Below are positions 1 to 10,120 of a stretch of 64,000 nt of DNA, piece by piece (the first letter of the stretch is position 1; the number at the start of each line of letters is the position of its first letter). The stretch covers positions 544,001 to 608,000 of the forward strand of contig JBHYGA010000001.1 in NCBI GenBank assembly GCA_051859245.1, in the 5' to 3' direction. The notes under the pieces were generated by a model. The model saw only the letters and a list, made by a program, of their open reading frames with translations. It did no database searches and was not told the DNA's origin. Source of the stretch: Gemmatimonadaceae bacterium. Its GTDB lineage: Bacteria > Gemmatimonadota > Gemmatimonadetes > Gemmatimonadales > Gemmatimonadaceae. Position numbers and translations under genes: made by a program.

Positions 1-284
1 ATTACACACTTCGCGGCGAGCACTGCGGACCGCGCGTATGGCAGGCTGGCCCACTGTGCGCGCGGACTAAACAGCGAGTCAGCCAGCATCACTTCCGTCA
101 CGATCACGACTGCGAGCAGACGGAACACCATTGATCCCAACGGGAGCAGTTCAGTCGATAGCGAAAGGGCAGTGACCGCTTCAGCGATTCCAATCGTGAG
201 CAGTACTGCATACGCCAGCAGCAACCAGCGCACCGCGCGAACGTCTTTCAGGAATACGTGTGTCACTTGCTGTGTCCAGGACAT
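1..284 (-). CDS. ABC transporter permease-like membrane protein, N-terminal part only (runs off window); paralog of 297..1994
   Basis: Read by hand: ATG at 284 gives MSWTQQVTHVFLKDVRAVRWLLLAYAVLL...LADSLFSPRAQWASLPYARSAVLAAK, matching MTWLEQVRHVFAKDVRSQRWLL...LADHPTQPRALWPSLPYSRSAIWGAK of the neighbour. Confidence 0.85.
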   Translation of the reverse strand, partial: MSWTQQVTHVFLKDVRAVRWLLLAYAVLLTIGIAEAVTALSLSTELLPLGSMVFRLLAVVIVTEVMLADSLFSPRAQWASLPYARSAVLAAKCV

Positions 285-296
285 GGCGCTGGGCCC

Positions 297-1994
297 TCAC
301 TCAGACGTTGGGACAACCATCGCGTTCGCCCGAGACTGCCAGTCAATGACCATGAGCTGTGCATCGCTAAGCCAGGCGGCGGATTCATCCATCGAATCAC
401 GGCCCATGGCTTTCCACGCGATAGCCTGTCCGTCTCCAGTCGCCAGCGTCAAGACAAACCGGTATGCGCAAATGCGAGCACCGTATGATCCTGCGAAGGT
501 CGTCTTTAGCAGTACCGCTTCGCCTAGCCTGCGATTGATCAACACGAAGGTGGGAAGTCCGCTGCCACACAGCGCTCCTTTGTGTACGTTCTGAACGAGG
601 ACGCTGGCCACATGAGGCGAACCATTTGGCGTGGCGTCGCGGATAACCACGCGTTGCCCAGCGTGGGTAAACTGCGCGCGTGTCTTCAGTGGAATGTCCG
701 CGAAGACCACCGGCTCCGAAAACTCAAACTGTGCGCGCAATGTTCGCGCTACGCAACTGGCGGCGATCAGGCGACCACCTGCAGGCACTGCCACCTCTGC
801 GAATGACAACGAATCTATCTTTCTCGGCGCGCCCACCGGCCAGCGAAGCGAGTGGTCAACTGGCAGCAATGGGAACTGCAGCACGCGGTGTGGAGGAATA
901 CGAATACTGAGTTCTTGCGGTACGCAGTCGGCGGAGGGATTCCGTTCAAAGAGACCAAGGACCTGTTGCTCGACGCGAAGGTTCGCCGGAATGCCGGTGC
1001 TGCGCACGTGCCATACAGTCGCCAACGAATCACTTTCAGTGTCACGCTGCGCACCAACGCGCGACGAAATCTGAGCCCCGGGAATCAACTGTGAGAGGCT
1101 TGGTCGTTCCGGGAGTGGCGGCGTGAGCTGCAACGTCTCTGGCGCGAACATCAAGCCAGCAAAGGCGAATGACGCGAGTCGTACACCTCGGCCAACAGGG
1201 CGCTGTCGATACAGCACGTACAACCACCACGCGGCGGCGACAATCAGTGTTGGCCGTGCGATGAGCAGCATCGCTGCAGGCACCTTTATCTCGCCGTCAA
1301 TCAGCGTGAACACGACGCCACCTAGCAACGCTGCGATCAGCAGCACTGCAAGTAGCAGCACAACACCGGTCAGGTCGCGAGAGGCCGCGGCAAGCAGCAG
1401 CGCCGCCACGCAGAACGTGATCAAGCCGGTCATCGACTCAAACAGGTGCCCCGGGATGTGCAAGGCCGGCAGCTGTAGCACCAACATTGGAATCGCCCAC
1501 GTGACCGCCGCAAGCATGACCATCGCGAAGGTGAACAACAGCTTCGCTCCCCAAATGGCCGAACGGCTATACGGAAGTGACGGCCAGAGAGCGCGGGGCT
1601 GCGTTGGGTGATCCGCCAGCACAATGAGTCCGCAGATCAACACGGCGATAAACGGCGCGACAATATCCGCGAGTGACGTTCCCACCGGCGTAAGACTTAT
1701 CGCGAAATCACCGCTTCCCGCGTGGTAGGATGTTGGTGCCGGTGTGTTCAGTCTTTCGGGTGTATTGCCTTCTGCCACACGTCCGTCTGGTCTAGCAGCC
1801 TCGAATGTGACTCGGCTCATCGAGTTATCCACGGGCGTGTTTGCAGCGAACTGCGCCAAATCACCAGCTCTTCCCACAGCGAGCGACTGGATCGCCCCAA
1901 TCGCGAGCATGGCGACAAACGCGGCCAGCAACCACCGCTGCGACCGCACATCCTTCGCGAACACATGTCGCACCTGTTCCAACCACGTCATCAT
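297..1994 (-). CDS. ABC-2-type permease-like membrane protein with large C-terminal extracytoplasmic domain
   Basis: Several TM segments, 'LPYSRSAIWGAKLLF' permease-type motif, 4-bp overlap with the ATPase gene. Confidence 0.75.
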   Translation of the reverse strand: MMTWLEQVRHVFAKDVRSQRWLLAAFVAMLAIGAIQSLAVGRAGDLAQFAANTPVDNSMSRVTFEAARPDGRVAEGNTPERLNTPAPTSYHAGSGDFAISLTPVGTSLADIVAPFIAVLICGLIVLADHPTQPRALWPSLPYSRSAIWGAKLLFTFAMVMLAAVTWAIPMLVLQLPALHIPGHLFESMTGLITFCVAALLLAAASRDLTGVVLLLAVLLIAALLGGVVFTLIDGEIKVPAAMLLIARPTLIVAAAWWLYVLYRQRPVGRGVRLASFAFAGLMFAPETLQLTPPLPERPSLSQLIPGAQISSRVGAQRDTESDSLATVWHVRSTGIPANLRVEQQVLGLFERNPSADCVPQELSIRIPPHRVLQFPLLPVDHSLRWPVGAPRKIDSLSFAEVAVPAGGRLIAASCVARTLRAQFEFSEPVVFADIPLKTRAQFTHAGQRVVIRDATPNGSPHVASVLVQNVHKGALCGSGLPTFVLINRRLGEAVLLKTTFAGSYGARICAYRFVLTLATGDGQAIAWKAMGRDSMDESAAWLSDAQLMVIDWQSRANAMVVPTSE

Positions 1995-2914
1995 CGCACC
2001 CCCGCCGTTTCCCGCACGCCGCTGTCCGCACGCGTAAGTGCCACGAATACATCGCGAAGCGACGCATCACTCACGTCCACACGTACTGCGTCCGAGTACC
2101 ACGCACGCGCGGCCGCCTGCAGCACCGCTTCGTTCGGCTCACTCACCAACACCCGCACGCGCGCACCCGCAGCCTCCGCCCACACCCATTCGCGCGGTCG
2201 CACGGCCGGCAACTGCGCACTCGATAGCGACGTCACAATGTCCACCCACCGATAGCGCGCACGCAGCACATCCATCGGCTCATGCAATTGCAGCGTACCA
2301 TTCTTCAGAAACCCAACCCAATCAGCGAGCAGTTCCAACTCCGCCAGATCATGCGACGCAATGATCACCGTCCACCCTTCACGCCCCGACATCTCCAGTA
2401 CGCCACGCACCAGATCATCCTTTACGGCGGCGTCCATGCCCGTGAATGGCTCGTCCATAATGAGCAACTCCGGACGCGGCGCCAGCGCACACAACAACGC
2501 CGCTTTCATATGCTCACCGCGCGAGAGCGTGCGCAACTTGCGTGATGCGTCAAGCTGAAAACGCTCGCGCAGTGAAGTGGCCAGCGCGTGATCCCACGTG
2601 GGATAGAGTGGCGCCACGTAGCGCTCGAGCTGGGCAAGTGTCATGCCGGTAGGCAACTCCATACCTTCGGCCACGTACCCGATGCGCGCGCGATGCGCCG
2701 TAGTGAGTTGCGCCACCGGTGTGTTGAAGACTCGCACCTCACCAGAGGTTGGTGGCAACATCCCCATCAACACTTGCAACAACGTGGTTTTGCCGGAGCC
2801 GTTCGGGCCGAGCAACGCGTACACGGTGCCGGACGGAATGCTCAGTGACACATCACTAAGCGCGACCTGCTTTCCATACCGGTGCGAGAGATGCTGAATC
2901 TCAACAATCGACAT
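1991..2914 (-). CDS. ABC transporter ATP-binding protein (YtrB-like)
   Basis: Walker A GPNGSGKT, signature LSRGE, Walker B LLIMDEP, H-loop ASHD. Confidence 0.95.
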   Translation of the reverse strand: MSIVEIQHLSHRYGKQVALSDVSLSIPSGTVYALLGPNGSGKTTLLQVLMGMLPPTSGEVRVFNTPVAQLTTAHRARIGYVAEGMELPTGMTLAQLERYVAPLYPTWDHALATSLRERFQLDASRKLRTLSRGEHMKAALLCALAPRPELLIMDEPFTGMDAAVKDDLVRGVLEMSGREGWTVIIASHDLAELELLADWVGFLKNGTLQLHEPMDVLRARYRWVDIVTSLSSAQLPAVRPREWVWAEAAGARVRVLVSEPNEAVLQAAARAWYSDAVRVDVSDASLRDVFVALTRADSGVRETAGVR

Positions 2915-2928
2915 GCGTAGGGCTCCGT

Positions 2929-3330
2929 TCAGCAGTTGGAAGAATCGTCGCGATGAAAGAGCGCGTCCCAGCGGGCGTTTACGGCGTCGAGCACCGTGCG
3001 CCGATCGAGGCCGAGTCGTCGTGCTTCAACGAGCAGTTGTTCGATGTCGGCGGAGAGCAGCTGTTGGCGCTCTTCTTCGCTCGCTCGCCACCCGGTGGAG
3101 ACCACGGTACCCACGCCGGGCATGACTTCCAGCAGTCCGGTGCGAATCAGCTCGGCCACCACTTTATGGGCGGTGTTCGGATTGATCTTGAGCGCCTGGC
3201 TCAGCTCGCGGACTGATGGGAACGGGGCGCCGGGCGCCATTTCGCCGGAGACCACGGCGCGCGTGGCGGCGTAGACGATCTGGCGGAACGGCGAGTCGCC
3301 GCTGGCGAGGGAAACGTGGAAGGGGAGCAC
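2929..3330 (-). CDS. GntR family regulator, YtrA subfamily
   Basis: wHTH 'PSVRELSQALKINPNTAHKVVAEL...GVGTVV' with short C-terminus; heads the ABC operon; GTG start at 3330 chosen. Confidence 0.9.
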   Translation of the reverse strand: MLPFHVSLASGDSPFRQIVYAATRAVVSGEMAPGAPFPSVRELSQALKINPNTAHKVVAELIRTGLLEVMPGVGTVVSTGWRASEEERQQLLSADIEQLLVEARRLGLDRRTVLDAVNARWDALFHRDDSSNC

Positions 3331-3332
3331 AA

Positions 3333-3365
3333 GTGTACTATGCGTACTAGTACACCTAACGTCAA
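3333..3365 (-). promoter_or_regulatory. Sigma70-type promoter (TTGACG-N17-CATAGT) overlapped by YtrA-type operator GTGTACTA-N7-TAGTACAC
   Basis: Perfect 8-bp inverted repeat at 3333-3340/3348-3355; -35 at 3365-3360, -10 at 3342-3337, 6 nt before the GTG. Confidence 0.8.
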
Positions 3366-3476
3366 GCCCGGAACCGGACCGGCGGGAGTGGACTAGCTGT
3401 TGGCTGGTACGGGGCGCGTACGATGCGCGCCTGCGCTCCTTCGCTGCGCATTGGCCACTCACTTCTTCTCTGCGTC

Positions 3477-4241
3477 ATGGCAATCGCTGTCCGAATCTTT
3501 CTTGCGTGCGTGCTCGGCGCCCGGCTGCTGTCGGCGCAATCTGTCGACCACAGTCCGTTCTCGACGCTGTTGCAACAGCACGTCCGCGATGGCATGGTGG
3601 ACTACGATGCGTTTCAACGCGCACCGGGTTTCTCGGCCTATCTCAAGACACTCGCGACCACCGATCCTGCCGCGCTCCCACGCCTCGAGCAGCTGGCCTT
3701 CTGGATCAATGCGTACAACGCATACACGATCGCCCAGATCAACGCGCATGGCGAACGGCAATCCATCAAGAATATCAATAAGGCGCTTGGCTTCCTGAAA
3801 ACCGGCGGTCCGTGGCGCGAAAAGATGGCGACGGTTGGAGGCACGGTGTATACGCTCGATGAAATTGAGCATGAGCGTATTCGCCCGGTGTTTAACGAGC
3901 CGCGCGTGCATTTTGCGTTGGTGTGCGCGGCGATCAGTTGTCCGCCACTGCGCAATGAAGCCTACACCGGCGCGCGATTGAACACGCAGCTGGATGATCA
4001 GGCGCGACTGTTCCTGTTGCGTTCGCCCGAGAAGAATCGTGTTGATGTGGCTGGCAAGCGCGTGTACCTGAGCCGCATCTTTGATTGGTACGGCAGTGAT
4101 TTCGCGCCAGATCAGTCCGGGCTGCTGCAGTGGCTCAGCCGATACTGGCCCGCAGGCGCTGAGCGGAATGCGCTGACGGACCGCCGCGTTCGTGTGATCT
4201 GGACGGAATACGACTGGAGTCTGAATGCACAAACGAAATAG
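3477..4241 (+). CDS. DUF547 domain secreted protein
   Basis: Signal peptide; 'LAFWINAYNA', 'TLDEIEHE', 'PRVHFALVCAAISCPPL' motifs. Confidence 0.9.
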   Translation: MAIAVRIFLACVLGARLLSAQSVDHSPFSTLLQQHVRDGMVDYDAFQRAPGFSAYLKTLATTDPAALPRLEQLAFWINAYNAYTIAQINAHGERQSIKNINKALGFLKTGGPWREKMATVGGTVYTLDEIEHERIRPVFNEPRVHFALVCAAISCPPLRNEAYTGARLNTQLDDQARLFLLRSPEKNRVDVAGKRVYLSRIFDWYGSDFAPDQSGLLQWLSRYWPAGAERNALTDRRVRVIWTEYDWSLNAQTK

Positions 4242-4857
4242 CCAACGCCATCACGGCGATGGCCGTTGGCTCCTGGTCGCGCTCGCACTGTCCTCGTTGC
4301 TCACGGCCTGCGTTGACGATCCTGGTCGGAATGTGACGCGGCTCGCGGTACCAGGTTCAGGCTCAGTCGCCACACAAGATACCGCGATCCTGCCGATTGC
4401 CGATGTGCGCAAGAGTCAGGCGGCGTCCGTCTCGCAGCGTGTTGCCAATACCGAAATCGCGGTGACGTACAGTCGGCCAGTCGCGCGTGGTCGAGAAATA
4501 TTTGGAGGCATCGTGCCATTCGGCGAGGTGTGGAATCCCGGCGCAGATCAAGCAAGTGCCATCACGTTCAGCCGCGATGTGCGAGTGAACGACAACCCAC
4601 TGCCCGCCGGCACGTACAGTATCTGGGGTAAACCCAATCCGACCGAGTGGACGCTGATTCTGAGTACGGCGGGGAACGTGTATCACACACCGTATCCTGG
4701 CGAGTCAGCCGACGCGTTACGTCTTCAGGTTCCCACGGAAGCGAGCGCGTATGCAGATGTACTCACGTTCGACTTTCCGATGGTGGAAGGCAAACAAACC
4801 ACATTGCGATTGCGCTGGGCAACGACGTCACTGTCGCTCCGCATCGACGTGCCGTAG
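4225..4857 (+). CDS. DUF2911 domain lipoprotein
   Basis: Lipobox LTAC; 'VTYSRPVARGREIFGGIVPFGEVWNPGA' motif. Confidence 0.85.
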   Translation: MHKRNSQRHHGDGRWLLVALALSSLLTACVDDPGRNVTRLAVPGSGSVATQDTAILPIADVRKSQAASVSQRVANTEIAVTYSRPVARGREIFGGIVPFGEVWNPGADQASAITFSRDVRVNDNPLPAGTYSIWGKPNPTEWTLILSTAGNVYHTPYPGESADALRLQVPTEASAYADVLTFDFPMVEGKQTTLRLRWATTSLSLRIDVP

Positions 4858-4875
4858 CGCACCACGAGCTGTGCG

Positions 4876-5325
4876 CTACGGCGTGCCAGTTGGCGGTATA
4901 ACAACCTCCGCCATCGCGACGTTGAATGGGTCGCACCAGATGATGATGCGCGTGTACCGCACACCCGCAGGTATCTGAAAGAGGTACGACTGCGCTCCCT
5001 GACGGTTCCGCAGTGCGCCAATACGCAGCGCCTGTCCCGTGTTGGGATTGCTGGTGGTATTGAGATACACCACGGGACCGGGCGTCTGCGCAATCGAAAA
5101 GTCGCTCGAGAAATCGAGTCGCGCAGTCGTGCCTTCGATCGCGAGTGTGGCGCGGCCCGTCACGGCGTAACCGGTGCGCACCCAGGCACCAGAGACGCCG
5201 GCGCCAGTTGGCGCCGTTGTTCCCGGAGTGACTGGGGCCGCATCGGGCGCCGTGGGGGGCGTTGCGCTGTTGCAGCCGACGAGCAACAGCAACACCACGA
5301 CGCTACGAGCTGAACGACGGAGCAT
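4876..5325 (-). CDS. DM13 domain lipoprotein
   Basis: ATG at 5325, lipobox LVGC, Pro/Thr linker, 'PGPVVYL...GAQSY...IIIWC' DM13 pattern. Confidence 0.8.
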   Translation of the reverse strand: MLRRSARSVVVLLLLVGCNSATPPTAPDAAPVTPGTTAPTGAGVSGAWVRTGYAVTGRATLAIEGTTARLDFSSDFSIAQTPGPVVYLNTTSNPNTGQALRIGALRNRQGAQSYLFQIPAGVRYTRIIIWCDPFNVAMAEVVIPPTGTP

Positions 5326-5372
5326 CTCGTGTTGAGCAGAAGGGAAAGTATGAACAGCGATTCCCGTGATGG

Positions 5373-6179
5373 TCAGGAAGAAACCCGGCGGCCGCGACGA
5401 CGCGATGTGACGCCAAGCATTACCAGGCCAGTCAGTACCATCATCCACGTACCGGGCTCAGGCACCACCGAGACGTCGAAGCGAACAACCTGATATCCAG
5501 CCTGTGTGAAATCGGCGTCTCGAAATCGATCTGACGACAAAATGCGTCCATCGGGATTGAATCCGGGGTGCAGGGCAACCACGCCATTCTCATCGACGCC
5601 GGTGTTCGGCATGGATTGTCCGAAGAACGCGGTGCTGTTCTCAAGTTCGTCGTTGAGTTCCGTACCAGCGTCCCACACCTGCGAGCCCATCACCGTAAAG
5701 GAGAAGTTGCGAAAATTGCCAAGGCCGTCGGTGAGATCGCGCGCTGTGGGGTTCATCGTGGCAATGAACGCATCGTTGCTGGGCACAACCATCGATGCAT
5801 AGCTGAGATAGCGGTGCATGGGATTCGACGCGTCCAGCATGAACGTGTGCGTGGCGGACTCTCCGCCGAGGAATACTCCGGACGGTCCAGGCAGCGTGGT
5901 CTGAGTGGTGAAGCCCGCGCTTCCGAACGTCTCGGCGAGCACGGCGGTGTTGCCATCTTCAGCAATCGCTTCAAGACCGGCGCTGGCTGCGCTGCCGGCG
6001 GTGAAGACGCGGAACGTACCGTTGTGTACACCAAGCCACATGGGCGTGAGTGCTGTGCCGTTTGCTGGAGACAGCGCGGTGACGCGAATCCGTACCGCAG
6101 TTTGCGCGCCTGCAACGGAGGTACCCGTGATGAGCGAGAGCGCAAGAGCGGCGGCGAGGCGATGGATAGAACGAGACAT
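5373..6179 (-). CDS. Spondin_N-like secreted protein with PEP-CTERM sorting signal
   Basis: Signal peptide; 'GLEAIAEDG', 'SMVVPSNDAF', 'WDAGTE'; C-terminal VPEP + TM helix + Arg cluster. Confidence 0.9.
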   Translation of the reverse strand: MSRSIHRLAAALALSLITGTSVAGAQTAVRIRVTALSPANGTALTPMWLGVHNGTFRVFTAGSAASAGLEAIAEDGNTAVLAETFGSAGFTTQTTLPGPSGVFLGGESATHTFMLDASNPMHRYLSYASMVVPSNDAFIATMNPTARDLTDGLGNFRNFSFTVMGSQVWDAGTELNDELENSTAFFGQSMPNTGVDENGVVALHPGFNPDGRILSSDRFRDADFTQAGYQVVRFDVSVVPEPGTWMMVLTGLVMLGVTSRRRGRRVSS

Positions 6180-6355
6180 TCGGAATGCTCCGGGACAGTG
6201 GATAGGCTCGGGTTGAGCACGAACAGCGGCTCACCGCAATGGAGAACCCGGAATGCCGACAAACCGGATCATTGGCGTTGGGCCTGCGGCGTCGGCCCTT
6301 GCGCCGTTCGCTATCGAGGCGCAACTCTTCGCTCGACGATTTCTGGGGAGTGCCG

Positions 6356-6958
6356 GTGCATCAGACGGAAGACACGATCACGGACCTTCTGCGCGAATGG
6401 GCGCGCGGAGACGCACCGGCCGGTGATCGATTGTTCGGGATTGTGTACGACGAGTTGCGCGCGATCGCGCGACGGCAGCGCCGTCGCTGGCGCGGTGATG
6501 ACACGCTCGATACAACGGCGCTGGCGCATGAGGTGTACCTTCGACTTCGCGGTTCGGCGGCGTTCAGTCCGCGCGACCGCGCGCATTTTTTTGCGATCGC
6601 TGCCCGCGCCACTCGGCAGATTCTCAGCAACTACGCGCGCCGCCAGCATGCTGACAAGCGCGGCGCCGGCGAACCCACGGTTGCACTCGAGGAGTTCGAC
6701 ATGCGTGCACCAGCCTGGTCGAGTCTCGAGTGGTCTGCGATTGATCGGTTATGGGACCTTGAAGTGGCGCTTCGACAACTTGAAACGATCTATCCGCGCG
6801 CGTGTCAGGTGGTCGAGTGCCGATACTTTGGTGGATTGTCGATCCCCGGAACCGCCGCCGCATTGGATATCTCGGAAGCCACTGTGAAACGTGATTGGGC
6901 GCTGGCACAAGCCTGGCTCTTCCGCGCGCTTCGTGAGCATGGACCCGATGACGCCTGA
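6356..6958 (+). CDS. ECF sigma factor of the Ser/Thr-kinase-associated type (TIGR02999-like)
   Basis: 'VYDELRAIA', 'LDTTALAHEVYLRL', 'RQILSNYAR...KRG', 'TVKRDWALAQAWL'; GTG at 6356 after GGGGAG. Confidence 0.9.
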   Translation: MHQTEDTITDLLREWARGDAPAGDRLFGIVYDELRAIARRQRRRWRGDDTLDTTALAHEVYLRLRGSAAFSPRDRAHFFAIAARATRQILSNYARRQHADKRGAGEPTVALEEFDMRAPAWSSLEWSAIDRLWDLEVALRQLETIYPRACQVVECRYFGGLSIPGTAAALDISEATVKRDWALAQAWLFRALREHGPDDA

Positions 6959-9900
6959 CCACGAACACGCGCACTCGAGCGTAGACTGGGAACGCCTGTC
7001 TGCACTCTTTGAAACCACGATGTCACTGCCGTTGGCACAGCGGCAGGCGCACATCGATGCGCTGCGCACTGAGGAGCCAGTGTTGTGCCGCGAGCTGGTG
7101 GAGTTGGTTGCGGTGGCCGACGACGCGGGCGCGTATTTCGAAGAGCTGTCGCGCGACGTGGTCGCGCCGGTCTTTGAAGCCGCGCTGGCCTCGGTCAGTG
7201 GCGACCCCGATGCCGCCTCGTCGCCGTCACAACCGCCGCTGACGCGCATTCGTCACTACGACGTGCAGGAGTGCCTCGGCGCAGGAGGCATGGGCGTGGT
7301 GTACCGCGGGTGGGACAACAAGCTGGCGCGCGCCGTCGCACTCAAGTTCGTCAGTCCCGACCGATTGATTGATCCGTCGTCGAGGTTGCGGTTGTTGCGT
7401 GAGGCGCAGGCCGCGTCTTCGCTTTCACACGCGAACGTTTGCGCGATTCATGCTGTGGAAGATCTGACAGACGGTGGCCTCTGTGTGATCATGGGCTACT
7501 GCGCAGGTGGAACGCTGCGAGACCGGCTGCGCGCTGGCCCACTCACGGTTGCGGAAGCACTTGCCGTCGCCACGCAGGTAGCCAGTGGTCTGGCGAGCGC
7601 GCATGGCGAGGGCATCGTACACCGCGACATCAAGCCTGCGAATATCGGCTTTGATGCCGATGGCACCGCGCGCATTCTCGATTTTGGTATCGCGACCCGC
7701 GCCGGTGATCGCGCGCGAACCGTTGGTTCACCGTTTGTTGGCTCACTGCCCTACCTTGCGCCAGAGCAGCTCGGTGGCGCTGAGCCTGACGCACGCGCCG
7801 ACGTGTGGGCCTTGGGCGTCATGCTGTACGAGATGTTGTGCGGTCGACGTCCGTTCGGTGAACAGTCGGAGGCGCCGCTCGCGCACGAAATTCTGCACGC
7901 ACCCACACCGGCGCTTATTCGAAGTGACGGGGCCGCGATTCCGCGCGAGGTCGCCAACCTGGTCGGTGCGTTGCTCAGTAAAGCACCGAGTGGCCGCCCC
8001 GAAACGGGCGCCGTTGTGCTGACCATGCTTCGCGACGTTGTCTCGGTGAGCGCCTCATCGGTCCACGTGACGCAAACCATCTCGACGCCCGCCACGCCGC
8101 GTGCGCCAACGCGCCGAGGTGTGCGTGTTGGTGCATTGCTGCTGGGTGCCTTGACGATTGCGGCGGTGTTCGTGTGGCGAGGGGCTCGCGACACGGACCG
8201 CGCGTTTGAGGCGTCTGATTCGCCGCTTGAAGTTGCTCGCAGCACTCAACCACTGCCAACGATCGCCGTGCTGCCATTCAGTGTTGAGGGAAGCCGCGAC
8301 CTCGAATATTTGCGCAACGGACTCGTCGATTTGCTGACGCCTGCCTTCGACGGAACCGGGTTGGTGCGCGGCATCGACCCCAACGTGGTCATTGGTGCGG
8401 CGTCTGAGTTGACTGGCGCGCGATTCGACTCGTCGACTGCACGTGCTTTGGCTTCGCGGATCGGAGCGAGTCGGTACGTGATCGGCAACCTGGTGGGCGT
8501 GGGCAATACAGTGACAATCCGCGCCACACTGTATCGCGCGAGTGGTGAAGAATCCGGACGTGCGCAACTGGTGGGGGCGCTCCCGGCCGATCTCACATCG
8601 GGCGTCGACCGTCTCGTATATGGACTTGTCGCAACGGAACTGCGTTCGCCCGGTGACACGGTGGCTGGCCTCGCAGCGAGCACTTCGCATTCCGCTCCTG
8701 CGTTGCGCGCGTACCTCGACGGCGAACGGGAACTTCGCGACGCGAGACCGGCAGCGGCGTTGGCACATTTTCAACGTGCGGTTGAGCTGGACTCGCTGTT
8801 TGCGCTGGCGTGGTATCGACTGGCGCGGGCGGCGAAGTGGAACGACGTAGACTCACTCAATGCGCTGGCCACGGAGCGCGCGTACACTCTCAGAGCATCG
8901 CTGCCGTTGCGTTTGCAAGAGATTGTACGCGGTTACTACGCGTTCCGCTTCGGCAATCCCAGTGACGCGGAGCGCATTCTGAAGCAAGTGACCGTCGACT
9001 ATCCCACGGCGATTGATGCCTGGATGTTGCTGGGCGAGTCACGCTTTGAGCAAAATCCGTACTATGGACGACCGTTGGATGATGCGCGGGATGCGTTTCG
9101 CCGTGTGATGGAGCTCGATCCGCGCAATCGGGAAGTGAACGTTTACCTCATGGATCTCGCCGCGCGTGCGAACCGTGTTGGTGAACTTGACACACTGTTC
9201 CGTATGTACTTTAGCCCGAACAGCGCGGGCGAGCAGCCAGGTATTCGACAAACGTACATCGCGCTGCACGCGCGACGTACTCGTGCACCAGACGCGCAGG
9301 AAAGTGCCTCGGACCGCATCGATGAACCGGTGGCCGCGCACATTGCGCTGCAACGGGTGCAGGGCGATCCCCGCGACCTGCGAGCCGCTCGCGCGTATGC
9401 GACGGTGCTCGCCACAGCGGGCAACGATCCGGTGCTGCGTCTCGAGGGACTGCTGGCGCTTGCCAGTCTCGATGCGGTGGGGGGACGGCTCGGGTCAGCG
9501 AGCGCCAGGTGGCAGCAAGCGGAAGAAATCGATGCACCCGTCGCGACGCTGCATCGCGCGGTCCTCGCTATCGCGCCAGGCACGCAGGCGGATTCGACGC
9601 AACTGCTGGCGCTGCGACGGGCGCTCCTCGCTGCACCAATCGCTGGCGTCGTCGCGCGTGATGCACTCGGTGAATTGGAACTCGCTGACTTGCGTCAGTA
9701 CGTGATTGGTTTGCTGAGTCTTCGAATGCGTGACCTTGCCGCTGTGGAAAATGCTCGGCAACAACTCATCCGCGCCGCTCGTTCATCACGGCTGGCTGCA
9801 CCGCTTGCCGCCGCTTTGCGCGGACATCTGGCATTCGTGGCGGGCAACTACGATGAGGCGCAGCGTGTCTTTGCAGGGAGTGTGGTGGATGTGCCGATTC

Positions 9901-10100
9901 ACGTTCGACGGCGGTTCCCGCTGCTCGAACAACACGCTGACCGTCTCGCTCGGGCAGATGCGCTGCGTGCCATTGGAAAATGGGATGAGGCGAAACGCTG
10001 GTACGCGTCGTTGCTCGAAGGTCCCGCACTCACAGCGGCACCGTACGTAGCAAGTGCCCGCACAGGCTTGGACGCGGTGGCGGCGCAGCGCGCGCGTTAG
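6939..10100 (+). CDS. Membrane Hanks-type Ser/Thr protein kinase with TolB-N-like and TPR-like C-terminal region
   Basis: LGAGGMGVVY, VALK, HRDIKPAN, DFG, APE, DVWALG; central TM helix; 'IAVLPF' then helical repeats. Confidence 0.93.
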   Translation: MDPMTPDHEHAHSSVDWERLSALFETTMSLPLAQRQAHIDALRTEEPVLCRELVELVAVADDAGAYFEELSRDVVAPVFEAALASVSGDPDAASSPSQPPLTRIRHYDVQECLGAGGMGVVYRGWDNKLARAVALKFVSPDRLIDPSSRLRLLREAQAASSLSHANVCAIHAVEDLTDGGLCVIMGYCAGGTLRDRLRAGPLTVAEALAVATQVASGLASAHGEGIVHRDIKPANIGFDADGTARILDFGIATRAGDRARTVGSPFVGSLPYLAPEQLGGAEPDARADVWALGVMLYEMLCGRRPFGEQSEAPLAHEILHAPTPALIRSDGAAIPREVANLVGALLSKAPSGRPETGAVVLTMLRDVVSVSASSVHVTQTISTPATPRAPTRRGVRVGALLLGALTIAAVFVWRGARDTDRAFEASDSPLEVARSTQPLPTIAVLPFSVEGSRDLEYLRNGLVDLLTPAFDGTGLVRGIDPNVVIGAASELTGARFDSSTARALASRIGASRYVIGNLVGVGNTVTIRATLYRASGEESGRAQLVGALPADLTSGVDRLVYGLVATELRSPGDTVAGLAASTSHSAPALRAYLDGERELRDARPAAALAHFQRAVELDSLFALAWYRLARAAKWNDVDSLNALATERAYTLRASLPLRLQEIVRGYYAFRFGNPSDAERILKQVTVDYPTAIDAWMLLGESRFEQNPYYGRPLDDARDAFRRVMELDPRNREVNVYLMDLAARANRVGELDTLFRMYFSPNSAGEQPGIRQTYIALHARRTRAPDAQESASDRIDEPVAAHIALQRVQGDPRDLRAARAYATVLATAGNDPVLRLEGLLALASLDAVGGRLGSASARWQQAEEIDAPVATLHRAVLAIAPGTQADSTQLLALRRALLAAPIAGVVARDALGELELADLRQYVIGLLSLRMRDLAAVENARQQLIRAARSSRLAAPLAAALRGHLAFVAGNYDEAQRVFAGSVVDVPIHVRRRFPLLEQHADRLARADALRAIGKWDEAKRWYASLLEGPALTAAPYVASARTGLDAVAAQRAR

Positions 10101-10120
10101 GGCGGCGCTGCTTCTTCGCG

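Noticed and set aside
5568..6887. 439-aa plus-strand ORF spanning the spondin and ECF genes
   Set aside because: Overlaps two well-supported genes and has no domain signal
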